Source of the DNA: an uncultured Methanoregulaceae archaeon
Lineage (GTDB): Archaea; Halobacteriota; Methanomicrobia; Methanomicrobiales; Methanospirillaceae
Reading direction: 5' to 3'
Length of the DNA stretch: 64,000 nucleotides
Assembly: GCA_963737635.1 (NCBI GenBank)
Contig: CAVTTL010000001.1
Coordinates: forward strand, 1,664,001 to 1,728,000
In this document: piece after piece, positions 1-11,091 of the stretch
Layout of the letters: every line of letters begins with the position of its first letter
Position numbering within the stretch: the first letter of the stretch is position 1
Notes under the pieces: model-generated
What the model was told of the DNA's origin: nothing
What the model saw: only the letters and a program-made list of their open reading frames with translations
The model's database searches: none
Translations under genes and position numbers: made by a program

Positions 1-84
1 GATCTCATTCGTAAAATGTGTAGGGATAGTAAATAAAACAGTAATTACAGTAACATTTATATCAGTAAAAGTCGTACAAAATGA

Positions 85-852
85 GTGGTAGAAAGGAGTG
101 CTAAAATGAAAGTTGGTACGTATGAAATACCTGATTACAGATTAATCCCGACAATGATTGAATCAACAAAAATAATTTATGACAAGTTTAAGGGAGAAAA
201 CGCTCCTGATAACTTAACTGTGGCAAACTTACTAGGTCACAAATCAGTGAGTGGCTCTCTTCTCACAAAACTTGGCAACCTTAGAAGTTATGGGTTAATT
301 GAGAAACGTGGAATTAAAGTCACGGAACTAGGAAAAAACATTACATATCCTATAAATGAAGAGGCAAGAGATGAGGCTATAAGACAAGCTATTTTGAATA
401 TCCCGTTATGGGCGGAATTATATAGAAAGTTTGGAGTAAACTTACCGAGAGAAAACTTTTGGGTGGATTTAAAACAAATTACGGGTTTAGAAGCCCCAGA
501 ATCGCAAAAACTCGCCGATATGGTTCGGAATTATTATATAGACGACACAAAATATCTTAATATTGTCGAGAAATCCGTCCCGCCCGCAGATTCAAAATCA
601 CAACAAGCGCGCGCAGAGGATACGAACGATAGAAAAGATGTTATGGACACATTGCAAGTCAATCTAAAATCTGGGACGATCCCCTTCACACAGTTCCAGT
701 TTGGAGAATCTAAAGTTGTAATTGCAGACAGAGCGCACTTGGACATTATCAGTGGTTTCCTTTCAAATTTGAAGGACACCTTAGACAAACAAAACATCCC
801 ATTGGGAAAACCAGAGTGCAAACCAGAAGGAACGAAAGAAAACAAAATCTAA
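85..852 (+). CDS. Hypothetical protein with probable N-terminal winged-helix domain (AT-rich, accessory)
   Basis: 255-aa ORF (ATG at 106 also possible); pattern VANLLGHKSVSGSLLTKLGNLRSYGLIEKRGIKVTELG is wHTH-like; TTTATA box near 56-61; lower GC than core genes. Confidence 0.6.
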   Translation: MVERSAKMKVGTYEIPDYRLIPTMIESTKIIYDKFKGENAPDNLTVANLLGHKSVSGSLLTKLGNLRSYGLIEKRGIKVTELGKNITYPINEEARDEAIRQAILNIPLWAELYRKFGVNLPRENFWVDLKQITGLEAPESQKLADMVRNYYIDDTKYLNIVEKSVPPADSKSQQARAEDTNDRKDVMDTLQVNLKSGTIPFTQFQFGESKVVIADRAHLDIISGFLSNLKDTLDKQNIPLGKPECKPEGTKENKI

Positions 853-868
853 TTTATTAAAAACAAGT

Positions 869-956
869 GCCGGGATCGCCAAGTTTGGCATGGCGGCTGA
901 CTTATAATCAGCTAATCCCCCCAAGGATTTCGTGGGTTCGAATCCCACCCCCGGCG
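869..956 (+). tRNA. Class II (long variable arm) tRNA with Ser-like body and UAU anticodon
   Basis: Manual fold: acceptor GCCGGGA/CCCCGGC (A7-C66 mismatch), D stem GCC/GGC, anticodon stem GCTGA/TCAGC with loop CTTATAA, 19-nt variable region with AATCC/GGATT stem, T arm GTGGG-TTCGAAT-CCCAC, discriminator G. Confidence 0.85.
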
Positions 957-1231
957 TTAATAGATTATAGTTCTCAGCTAAGAAAAATCTTTCTGTGTTA
1001 TCCTGTTTCTTTTGGTCGTGTTACTTTCTCCATATCCCGCGGAATATCCTACCGGTAAAAAGTCTGTTGAAGTAACAAATTCTGATAAGGTAGAACTCGA
1101 CAATGCGTTTGAATTGAAATAATAATTTGTTTCGATCCAAATATTATTTTCGTTCTTTTAGTAGTCATTAGTAGTTGCGTGATACTGCTCTGAAATTCGT
1201 GTAAAATCGTTCAATTCCTTCAAATAGTGTT

Positions 1232-1696
1232 TTAAAGCTGTTCGTTTATCTGAGCGTCCGCCGGCTCTTTTTTGTATTTCCCGCCGGGGATTGTGGGAAG
1301 AACATGTGTACCCCTGTCAGACGACACAATGACTGCCGATATTCTCGGCCTGTTTTTCGGGCAGTATAACACCGCCCCGGGACCCTCAATCCGCAGCAAA
1401 TCCTTGAGCTCTGCAACCGCCATGTCCCTCCGAAACATCCCACGGTGACGGCGATAGTCAGGCTTCACCTGTACAGGCATCAGACTTCGCCGACCTCTGC
1501 CCTCGATCAACGAGAAAAGGTCGGGTACTATGTTGTAGCGTAAAATGGCATCGTGTCCTTTGAGGTGCGCATGGATGTGGTCCCCCGTCCTTTTATATAA
1601 GGAGATACACGTTTTTTGATCTGTGACGCGAGGATCGGAACCCCGCACGCGTTCTTCTTTCAACGAGCGAGCCCGATGTCCCACTGTATCCAACAT
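1232..1696 (-). CDS. Hypothetical protein (uncertain)
   Basis: 154-aa ORF only; no recognisable motif. Confidence 0.3.
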   Translation of the reverse strand: MLDTVGHRARSLKEERVRGSDPRVTDQKTCISLYKRTGDHIHAHLKGHDAILRYNIVPDLFSLIEGRGRRSLMPVQVKPDYRRHRGMFRRDMAVAELKDLLRIEGPGAVLYCPKNRPRISAVIVSSDRGTHVLPTIPGGKYKKEPADAQINEQL

Positions 1697-1759
1697 ATTT
1701 TATTTTCCGCATCGTTGAACCATCCATAGCCTCTATATTATCGAATTTCACAATGTAAT

Positions 1760-2164
1760 TTGATAAGCATGGTATGGATCCAGATATATGATGAGATTGG
1801 GGTAATAAACGATGAAATGATAGAGAAGATCTGTCCTGATACCCCTAAACAATATAAGGAATGGTTTAAGTTTTACGCGTATATTAATGGAGAACCGTAT
1901 TTAATTCATTCTGAGGATTTGCCTCGCAGAATTAATGAAACTATTCAAATAACGGCAGAAATTGTTCCGAATTGTAAAACGGATTTTAATGAAAAACAAG
2001 AAGCATATGAAGAAGCCTTCAAAAACGCTTACTCAGAAATTTATGACGAGGAAAGGAAGATCTTCTCGAAAATAATGTCTGTACTTTTCGAGGCAAAGAA
2101 AACAGACAACAACCAGATCATTAATTTCAGAGATGAGCTTCTCCAAGCGAAAAGTCACGAATGA
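1760..2164 (+). CDS. Hypothetical acidic protein (AT-rich)
   Basis: 134-aa ORF with protein-like composition, followed by a T-run. Confidence 0.5.
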   Translation: MISMVWIQIYDEIGVINDEMIEKICPDTPKQYKEWFKFYAYINGEPYLIHSEDLPRRINETIQITAEIVPNCKTDFNEKQEAYEEAFKNAYSEIYDEERKIFSKIMSVLFEAKKTDNNQIINFRDELLQAKSHE

Positions 2165-2340
2165 TTGACATTTTTTTGACCGGTCAATCCGGCACCATGC
2201 CCCGGCACTCCGGGGAGTACCGCCACAGGATCATGCTCCATGCCTGCTCCTCTTTCTTTGTTTAACACGATGCTTTACACCACACTATCTCTCCCGCCCG
2301 GGGAGAAGTTATCACCGATCAACGCCAACAGGATAATCCC

Positions 2341-2893
2341 ATGATTCTGGTGGACTGGCAGCTCCGGGATCGCATCTCCCGCGGCCATATCAGGATCGAT
2401 CCTTACGATCCACATCTGGTACAGCCCAATTCGATCGATATCCGGCTTGGTAACCACTTTGTCTGGTACACTCCGGGTAACCAGGTCATCGATCCGTACG
2501 ACAAAGCAAGCGTGACTGCCGATGTTGGCGAGACACACGCAGATTCTTTCGTTCTCATGCCGGGTCAATTCGTCCTTGCCGAGACTCTCGAATGCATCGG
2601 CCTACCCGACAACATCGTCGCTACCATCGAAGGAAAATCAAGCATCGCCCGGCTCGGCGTCACGCTCCACCAGACCGGCGGCTGGATAGATGCCGGCTTC
2701 CGGGGCACTATTACCCTCGAGATGGCAAACGTGAACGCACGGCCGGTCAAGGTCTACGCGGGCATGCCGGTTGGCCAGGCTCGTTTTCTACACGACTGAG
2801 CGGGCAGAGAATCCGTACGACAAAAAGACCGATGCCAAGTATCTCGATCAGCAACAGGCTACGCTCTCCCGGTACCATGAGAATAAGAAATAA
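2341..2893 (+). CDS. dcd: dCTP deaminase (1-bp frameshift near 2778, probably a sequencing error)
   Basis: Motifs [34 protein letters not shown]; C-terminus ([17 protein letters not shown]...YHENKK*) continues in another frame to TAA 2891-2893. Confidence 0.92.
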
Positions 2894-3006
2894 GGGCATA
2901 TTGTACCCATATCCCCCAAACCACTGGATAACCGGTGGGCAATGAGGGTATATACCTTAAGAACCCATTTTATACGAATAAATCGTTCCGGAGTGGAGAT
3001 GAAGCA

Positions 3007-4852
3007 ATGCGACTTCTTCTGATACATTCAGATTACATCGAATACGAAGCAAAAAAGAAGACGAAGATGGCAGAGGAGGGAGCCGTTCTCGCAGACCGCG
3101 AGGAAGACGCGCTTACCGTCTTTGCCGCAGTTGAGTCCGTCGATGAAGAAGACCTTGAGGGCGTCATCCTCCAGGCTGTTGAGGAAGTAAAAAAGACCGC
3201 TGCACAGGTGAAAACGGACAAGATCGTCATTTACCCGTACGCTCATTTGTCAAACGATCTTGCCCGGCCAGAAGTGGCAGTACCCGTTTTGAATGCCCTT
3301 AAAGAAGGACTTGCCGCAGAAGGATTCGCCGTGAAACGTGCACCGTTTGGCTGGTACAAATCCTTCAAGATCTCCTGTAAAGGCCACCCGCTTTCCGAGC
3401 TTTCAAAGACGATTCTTCCCGGTGAAGAAGGAGAGGCAGTTTCAAAGAAGCTCGGCAAGAAAGAGGTCACCCATGACTGGTTTGTCATAACCCCGGACGG
3501 CACAACCCACGATTATCACCAGTATCTCGATACTACGCCGTTTGGCTGTCTGGTAAAAAAGGAACTGGGTGTCGCTGAACCGACCGGCGGCGAGCCGGCC
3601 CATGTGGATCTGATGCGGGCTAAAGAGGCTCGTCGATTACGAGCCGGCCAGCGACGTCGGATGCCTGCGCTGGATGCCCAAAGGCAAACTCATCCGCGAT
3701 CTTCTGGCCGATTATGTTCTTGCCATTGTCCTCCCCTACGGCGCGACCCCGGTCGAGACGCCGGTCATGTACGACCTTGGCGACAAAGCTATCTACGAAC
3801 ACGCGGACAAGTTTGGCGAACGGCAGTACCGGTTCAAAAGCAACAACCGGAATATGATGCTCCGGTTTGCTGCATGCTTTGGCATGTTCTCGATTATGCG
3901 GGACATGCATATCTCGAAAAATACCCTTCCTTTAAAGATGTACGAACTCTCCACGTACTCTTTCCGGCACGAACAGAAAGGTGAAGTGATCGGCTTAAAA
4001 CGCCTGCGTGCGTTTACCATGCCCGATATGCACTCGCTCTGTACCGATATGCCAGAGGCAATGAAGTGCTTCGAAGAGCAGCTTGCCATTGGCTGGCAGA
4101 CCGGCCGGGACTTCGAGACCCAGCTCGTCGCTGCATTCCGGTGCACAAAAAAGTTCTATGACGAGAACGAAGCATGGGTTAAGAAGATCGTAAAAGACTC
4201 CGGCTGCCCGATGCTTATCGAGATCCTTTCCGAGCGCGTCCATTACTGGGAAGCAAAGATCGACCTCGCAGTTATCGACGGCCAGAACCGCCCGATCGAG
4301 AACCCGACCGTTCAGATCGATGTCGAGAGCTCGACACGGTTCAATATCAAATACTTCAAGGACGATGGTACCCCGGTATACCCGCCTATCCTCCACTGCT
4401 CCCCGACCGGCAGCGTAGAGCGTGTGATCTGTGCGATTCTCGAAAACATCTCGACCCAGAAGGTCCCGGCACTGCCGACATGGCTCTCTCCGGTCCAGGC
4501 CCGTATCGTACCGGTTGCCGAGCGCCACACCCTATATGCGCAGGATATTTGCACGAGCCTCAATTCACAGAACATCCGGTGCGATGTTGATGACCGGGAT
4601 GAGAGCGTGGGCAAGAAAATCCGGGAAGCCGGTATGGACTGGGTACCCTACGTGATCGTTATCGGTGATGAGGAAATGGGCAGTAAGAATCTCACCGTTA
4701 CCATTCGCAGGAAATCCGAGCCGAATAAGCCTTACAAGGAGCAGATGACGGAAGAGACCCTCGCGGCCGCTATAAAGAAAGAGATCGCAGGCAAACCCTT
4801 CCGACCGCTCTATACACCGCGCAAACTCTCCCTGAAAGCACGGTATATCTGA
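3007..4852 (+). CDS. thrS: Threonyl-tRNA synthetase, archaeal type (frameshift near 3625)
   Basis: N-terminal editing domain [13 protein letters not shown]...YPYAHLS...[19 protein letters not shown]; catalytic [31 protein letters not shown]; C-terminal anticodon-binding domain. Confidence 0.95.
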
Positions 4853-4915
4853 TTTTCTTTCTTTTTTCCATCAGGATAATCTATTGATTCGAGTTCGATT
4901 TCGAAAGGACTATAA

Positions 4916-5497
4916 TTACCGGACCCGGGGCATGGTCACGATTTCCCGTACCTGGAGATCGAAGAAGCTTGCCGTGTGGGCCGGGCGGATCACACAGACC
5001 GAGTCCGCACCACTTCTCGTTCCGCCGATAGCGACGACTTCATTCTCGATACCGATCACGCCTTGGTCGGCAGCAATCAGCACGCACTCGACAGCAACCT
5101 TGAGGCCGCTTCCGACAATCTGGCGCAGAGCTTCCGCGATCGCTTCGGTCCGGGATCCGCCGCCAACCATGGGGGAGCGCGAGAGCGCTCGTTCAAGGCC
5201 GGAGAGGGCGAGGGTACCGGTCACGATTCTCACGCCCTGTTTCCGGAGCTCTTGTGCGGTTGCCTCCGAGAACTCCCACTCACCGGACTGTGAAAAGTGG
5301 GTGACGACCACGAGGGAGAGACCGGTGCCTTTCATCGCGCCAAAAAAAACCTGCGCTGTCTTCCCGGAGCTACTTGCGACTACGATGGTCGAAATCCCGA
5401 GTTCCTGTGCACGCCCGATGGCAAACCGAGCTGCGTCTGCGGTGTTTTCCGGGCCAGGTTTCTCAAAATAGTAGCAGGGTTTTGCAATAAATCCCAT
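4916..5497 (-). CDS. Pyruvate kinase C-terminal (PK_C) alpha/beta domain protein
   Basis: YFEKPGPENT, IVVASSSGKTA, GLKVAVECVLIAADQG and GGTRSGAD motifs typical of this archaeal family. Confidence 0.85.
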   Translation of the reverse strand: MGFIAKPCYYFEKPGPENTADAARFAIGRAQELGISTIVVASSSGKTAQVFFGAMKGTGLSLVVVTHFSQSGEWEFSEATAQELRKQGVRIVTGTLALSGLERALSRSPMVGGGSRTEAIAEALRQIVGSGLKVAVECVLIAADQGVIGIENEVVAIGGTRSGADSVCVIRPAHTASFFDLQVREIVTMPRVR

Positions 5498-5634
5498 AAG
5501 TCCTTTTTAATGAGCAGCCATGAAAAACTTTGTCAGATTATTGACCAGCTGGTTCTGTCAAGTCTGCGGGAGTTACAGAAATTCGATACGCCTGCTCGAA
5601 AGGGCAAACTGCTAAAGACTTGACAGAACCGTCG

Positions 5635-8600
5635 CTAATCAGCCGGCCCGTTTCTCCACTTCCCCTGAGGGATGGACATCTCGAACCGTGAGCCTGCCCC
5701 GGGTACACCGGTTTCTTTTATCCTGATACCGGTTATGGCGAGGATATCCCGGACAAGAAACAGTCCGAGGCCCGACGTTTTCCCGGGACCGACAGAGGTG
5801 GTATAACCGCGTTCGAAGATCAGCTCTTTTTTGTCCTGCGAAATCCCCACGCCGTCATCCTCATACGTGAGTATACACCCGGTCTCGGACGGTGCAGGGT
5901 AAATCCGGATACGGCGGACGTGTACGCCGTGACGTAGGGAATTGTCGACGAGATTGTAGAGGACTTTGCAAAACATGGGGTCTGCAAAGACCGAAAAACC
6001 CGGTGACGGTTCCTCGAACACAATCGTTCCCAGATCGAAATGCGACCTGATTTCGGCAAGGACCGGTGAGATCGCCTGCCAGACCGGAGCCGTTCCACCA
6101 AGGGATTCATAATCCTTGGTAAATTCAATATGGTGCCGGATGGCTTCGGCAGCGGTTTCTGCTTTGTCTAAATACTCAATCAGGTGAGGGTCGCGCAGCG
6201 ATCCCCTCATGAGATCGAGATACCCCATGACCCCGGTAAGTTTATTCTGGATGTCGTGCCGGGTGATGCTGGTCAGGATCCCCAGTTTGTGGTTGGCATA
6301 GGCAAACGCTTCCATCGCCTGAACCCTGTCGGTAATGTCATACGCATAGATTCGTATGAGATCATACTCCGGGGAAGCACATATGGCCTCCTGGAACGAC
6401 CGCTCATTGAGATGTACTACCCGGGCAGCCACGATCGGTTTTTTCGTATCAGATGCTGTCACGATCTCATCGAAATCAGCCGGGAGAAAGGCAGCAGGAT
6501 CCTCCGCAAGACCAAGACCTGAAAGCACTGTGGTAGTTGCCGGGTTGGCATAGGTTATGGTGCGGTCGGGTTTGGCTTCTACGACCGGGTTGGGATTCAT
6601 ATCCGGGTAGGAGGCTAATTTCCGGATCTCGCGTTCCGCTCTGTTTTGATCCGTCAGATTCGTGATAACGGCAAGAACGTACTGCTCACCACGACTGTCC
6701 AGACGTGTCAGGGATATCCTTGTCTCAAGTGCCGCACCATCACACCTCGTGCCGATCCAGGGGAATACCTGTGTCGTTCCATTGCGGGCGGTCTCAAGAT
6801 ATTTCTGTGCGATCTCAGGAGATGGCTGCCCATCCGGTTGGTCCTTGGGTGCATAATCCGGCAGCACATGCCCGATAAGATCTTCACAGGAACAGGCAAA
6901 CAGCCGGGTCGCTGCGGTGTTGCAGTCGAGGATCCGGTCGCTTATGAGAAGGGCTGCGTCGGTCATGTTCTCAAAGACGGCCCTGTACCGCGCCCGTTCC
7001 TCCTCACATGCAGCCTCAGCCTGTCTGGACGCCTGGATATCGTAACAGGAACAGGTAAAGCAGGCTCCTGTCGAATCGGGAACACAGACCTCGCGGATCC
7101 ACCGGTATTCCCCGGAAGAGTGCCTGAGACGATACGCCGATTCCCACGTCTCCCCGTTTTCAGCATGTTTTCTCACTGATGTCTGGTAATGGTCGCGGTC
7201 ATCCGGATGAATGCCTTCCAGCCAGCCATTCCCCTCTTCCTGCTCAGGAGATCTCCCGGTGAACGCAAGCCACGCCTTATTGAAAAACCGGCTTTCACCG
7301 CCCGCACCGGATTGCCGAACAGGGTGGGAAAGGCCGTCAAGGATAGAGCTATCGTTAAATCCTGCTTCTGCACCCGTGTACCTGCGAGCTGTTTGGCTTC
7401 GGTAATGTCCCGGAGAATCAGGCAGAGCGCCTGCCTGCCTTCCTGATCCTGGAACCGGGCGCCCTCAACACCGGCATCAAACGACGTCCCATCCCCTTTT
7501 ATGAGTCGCAATTCCCCTTTGGCGCATCCCTTCTCTTCACACGTCCTTACGAGTTCGACAAACCGGGGATCTCCGGCACCGGCGAGCCCCGAGCCCCCGG
7601 TCGAACGGAGTGCCTCTTCTGTCCGGCCAAACAACTGGCATGCGGCCGGGTTTGCCGCAAGAATATCGCCTGCCGGTACCGTAATTATGACCGCTGTGCT
7701 CATTTTTTCGAAGAATGTGCGGTACTTTTGCCGGTCTGTTTCAAGAGAATCTGTCAACCGCTTCCGTTCGGTACCATCGGTGATGAAGACACCGATGCAC
7801 GTCCGGCCGTCTGTCTCATCCGGCATTTCCTGGAGGAATAGTTCTACCGGTATGCAGGTACCGTCTTTTTTCCGGATTGTTGTCTCGTAATGCTCGGGTT
7901 TTTTGCACGCAAGAACCTGCAGGAACCGATTCGTATCATCCGATGATGGACCGAGGAGCTGCGACAGCGCAAGCGCAAGCAATTCATCTTCGGTATAGCC
8001 AAGCAGGGTACAGAGAGCTGCGTTTACCGCCCCGGTGCTCCCGTCGGCATGGACCGCGGCAAACGGAAGGGCAGCAGACTCGATCCCGCCTGCAAGGAAC
8101 CGGGTACGTTCCCAACTCCCGTGACCTCCTCTGCCGGCGCGGCGCTGGAGTGTTTTTTTGTCGAGAAGATCGAGTGCGAAAGATACGGTGGTGCCAAGGT
8201 ATGCGAGCACATCTGCATCTTCCGTTGAAAATGCGTACGGTTCACCGGAACAAAGGGTAATGATACCTACGATCTCGCCTTTAAGCCGGAATGGCACGGC
8301 GGCTAACGACCGGTACCCTTCGCTGAGAGCCGCTTCACCCCACGGTTGTGCGGCGGAATCAGTTTTAACATCGCTGCAGACTGCAGGTGCTCCCGTGCGG
8401 AGGATGTCAGCTGCCAGACTGTACTCCTGATCAGCGTTGATCTCCGGGGAACCCTCGTTCGTTAACCCCTCCCCTGTTCGTGCATGTGCCACCGGCCGGA
8501 GGGTGCCGGCTGCGTGATCGAAGAGCCCGATCCATGCCATACGGATGGTATCGCCATCTACCGCGACCCGGCAGGTTTCAGAAAGCAGCGTTTCCAGGTC

Positions 8601-10552
8601 ACGGACCGTGGGGGCTCTCGCACCGACATGAGCACTAAGTGTGTAGATGCGGTTTGCTGCTTTTATTCTTAAGAGGGTCTTTGTGCGGGAGGTAATCTCC
8701 TGGACTACCCCGATTATCCCGATAACCTTCCCGGTACTGTCACGGAGGGGAGAGAAGATCGATCGGGTCCACCCCCCTTTACCTGAGCCCGGATACTCAT
8801 ACCGGGTATCCGGGGTTGCGACGATCTCTCCGGTAACGGCACGTGCTGCCGGTGAATCCGCACCCGTCTCCTGGAGAAAAGGCAGCATTCCGGCCAGGTG
8901 CTTTCCAAGCGCATCCCGGTCTGCGATGCCGGTAATATCTTCCATCGCCGGGTTCCAGCCCGTAATGGTCTGATCCGGAGTGCAGACGAAGATACCGTCG
9001 CGGGCGCCGGCAATGACCCCGCCCATGGTCAGGGCTGCCGTCTCAAGATCTGCCGTTTTCTTCACCTGTTCGGTGATGTCGGTGAGTGTAACGACCATCT
9101 GGTGAATGTTTCCCTCAGGTGCCTGGAGAGTTGAGCCGCCCATTGATATTGTTCTGTTCCCCTCGGGACCGAGGGAAAAGGGAGCGGCATGGATCCTGCC
9201 GGTTCTCACCAGTTCGTCGAGCGCCTGAGTGAACCGGGCCCGATCGTTGGTACTGATAAAATCAGCAAGAGACTTCCCGGTTATCTCATCTGCGGCACAT
9301 CTGAGGAGCTCAGCGCCTGCCCGGTTGATCCTGATCACCGTTCCCTCAGGAGCGAGGATAAGCTCGGCAAGTGGCGCCTGTTCGAAAAGATCTTCGGATA
9401 CCGTTAGCCTGTCCTTCCAGGATCCCCTTCTGCTCGTGTTCTTTGGTTACATCGTGGATGACGAGCCCGATCTTTTGTGAGGTGCCATCATCGATGACCC
9501 GCGCGGTCACTACCGCTTCCCGGATCCTGCCGTCTTTGGTCCGGTACGTGGTCCCAAAGGTTTTCTTACCTTCCTGCAGGATCTCAGGGATCGTTTCCCG
9601 GATCGTATGCGGCTCATCCGGAACTTCCCAGTCCTGCAGGCCAAGACCCGGGAACTCTTCACAGGTGTAGCCTACCTGGCGGCAGGCTTCGTCATTACAT
9701 TCGACAGGCTTGCCGGTCCCGGGGTCTATAATGAGCATCCCGTCGAAAGAGAGATCCAAAAGGAGCTGGTGCTGAACCGTGAGCCTGCGTACCTGATCGC
9801 TCTCTTTTTTTTCTTCGCTTCTATCCGCCAGCAATCCCTGCCCGCCAAGGAATCGTCCGTTTTCCACCCGGGGACTATACGATGCACGTACAATGTGCAA
9901 TTGCCCGTGGGCATCTGGCATCCTGAACTCAAACGATGCAGGCATGCCCTGTTTCATAGCGGCAAAATGGCGTGCAACTGACGGAATATCTTCGGCACAG
10001 ACCAGGATAGCAAAATCCTTGCCAGTCAGCTCTTTTGGATCGTAACCGAACCCGGTTATGGCGGGGCTTATGTAGGTGATTATTCCCTCTTCATCAAGGG
10101 TAAAGATAACCTCAGTGAGGTGCTCAACTAAGGTCCGGAGTTCCCGTTCTGCTGTATGGAGTGCCCGATCGCTCTGGCGCCGTGCGACAGCCGATCGTAT
10201 CTTTGTCTCCAGTTCCGCAACCTGGGTCCGGGGCGAACCTTTTTTCTGGACATAGAAATCAGCGCCGGAGTTGAGCGCTTCAATCGCTACCTCTTCCCCG
10301 CCATTACCAGTGAAAAGGATAAAGGGCATCCCGTTGCAGCGTGGCCGGAGGTATTTGAGAAGCTCAAGACCATCCATTTCCGGCATCAGGTAGTCGGCGA
10401 CTGAAGGCATGGTACTGTTCTGCCTTGAGTTTTTCGATCGCTTCGCGTGCCGAAATGGCAGTGTCGACGGTAAATTCGCCTCCCCGTTCCATGAAATTTT
10501 TGGTAGCTTCCAGGAGTGCCGATTCATCGTCAACGTATAAGACCGATATCAT
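5635..10552 (-). CDS. Large hybrid sensor kinase: receiver, multiple PAS, GAF, histidine kinase (split by about 3 frameshifts)
   Basis: MISVLYVDDE...DYLMPEMDG receiver; repeated PAS/PAC units; GAF (RMAWIG...RSLAAVPF); HDIQNKL, NLVDNSLRHG and GLGLFLV kinase boxes, spread over ORFs 10364-10552, 9346-10533, 7173-9338 and 5635-7176. Confidence 0.85.
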
Positions 10553-10725
10553 GACTGCCTCCGGCAGCGCCGGATCAAAACCTTCACACTAGTTCCATCG
10601 TTTTTTAATCTACATAATGGTGTATGTCAGCCCTGCACCCCTTCCCGGACTGCAGCTTTCGGACCGGATCTCACAAAAAGGGAGGGAGAGAAACCAGGCC
10701 GATTGCCCATTCCTGCACGGGAAAG

Positions 10726-11091
10726 CTATCCGAGAACCTGTGAAAGTTTCGTTCTGAGTTCATCGAACGTGACTGGTTTCTGGAGAAATCCCAGGTTTGG
10801 ATCATTGAGTTTTTTCATCTCTTCCGGAACCGTCGGTGAAGCGGTAAAGAGTATCACCGGGATCTCCCGCATGTTGCATTCTGTCCGGAGACGTTTGAGA
10901 AAATCCCAGCCTGTGACCGGATACATCATGACATCGAGGAGGATTAACGCCGGGGGATCCGCCCGTACTGAGGTAAGGGCGTCCAGCCCGTTTGAGATGA
11001 GAACCGGCTTGTATCCGAGTTTCTTTAACAGGATACCCATCAGATCGAGGATAGGCTGTTCATCTTCAACTACGACAATTTTATAGGTCAT
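10726..11091 (-). CDS. Single-domain response regulator
   Basis: IVVVEDE, LILLDVMM, PVILFTA, FLQKP. Confidence 0.9.
   Translation of the reverse strand: MTYKIVVVEDEQPILDLMGILLKKLGYKPVLISNGLDALTSVRADPPALILLDVMMYPVTGWDFLKRLRTECNMREIPVILFTASPTVPEEMKKLNDPNLGFLQKPVTFDELRTKLSQVLG

Noticed and set aside
867-1058. 63-aa ORF
   Set aside because: It overlaps the tRNA cloverleaf, which explains the sequence better.
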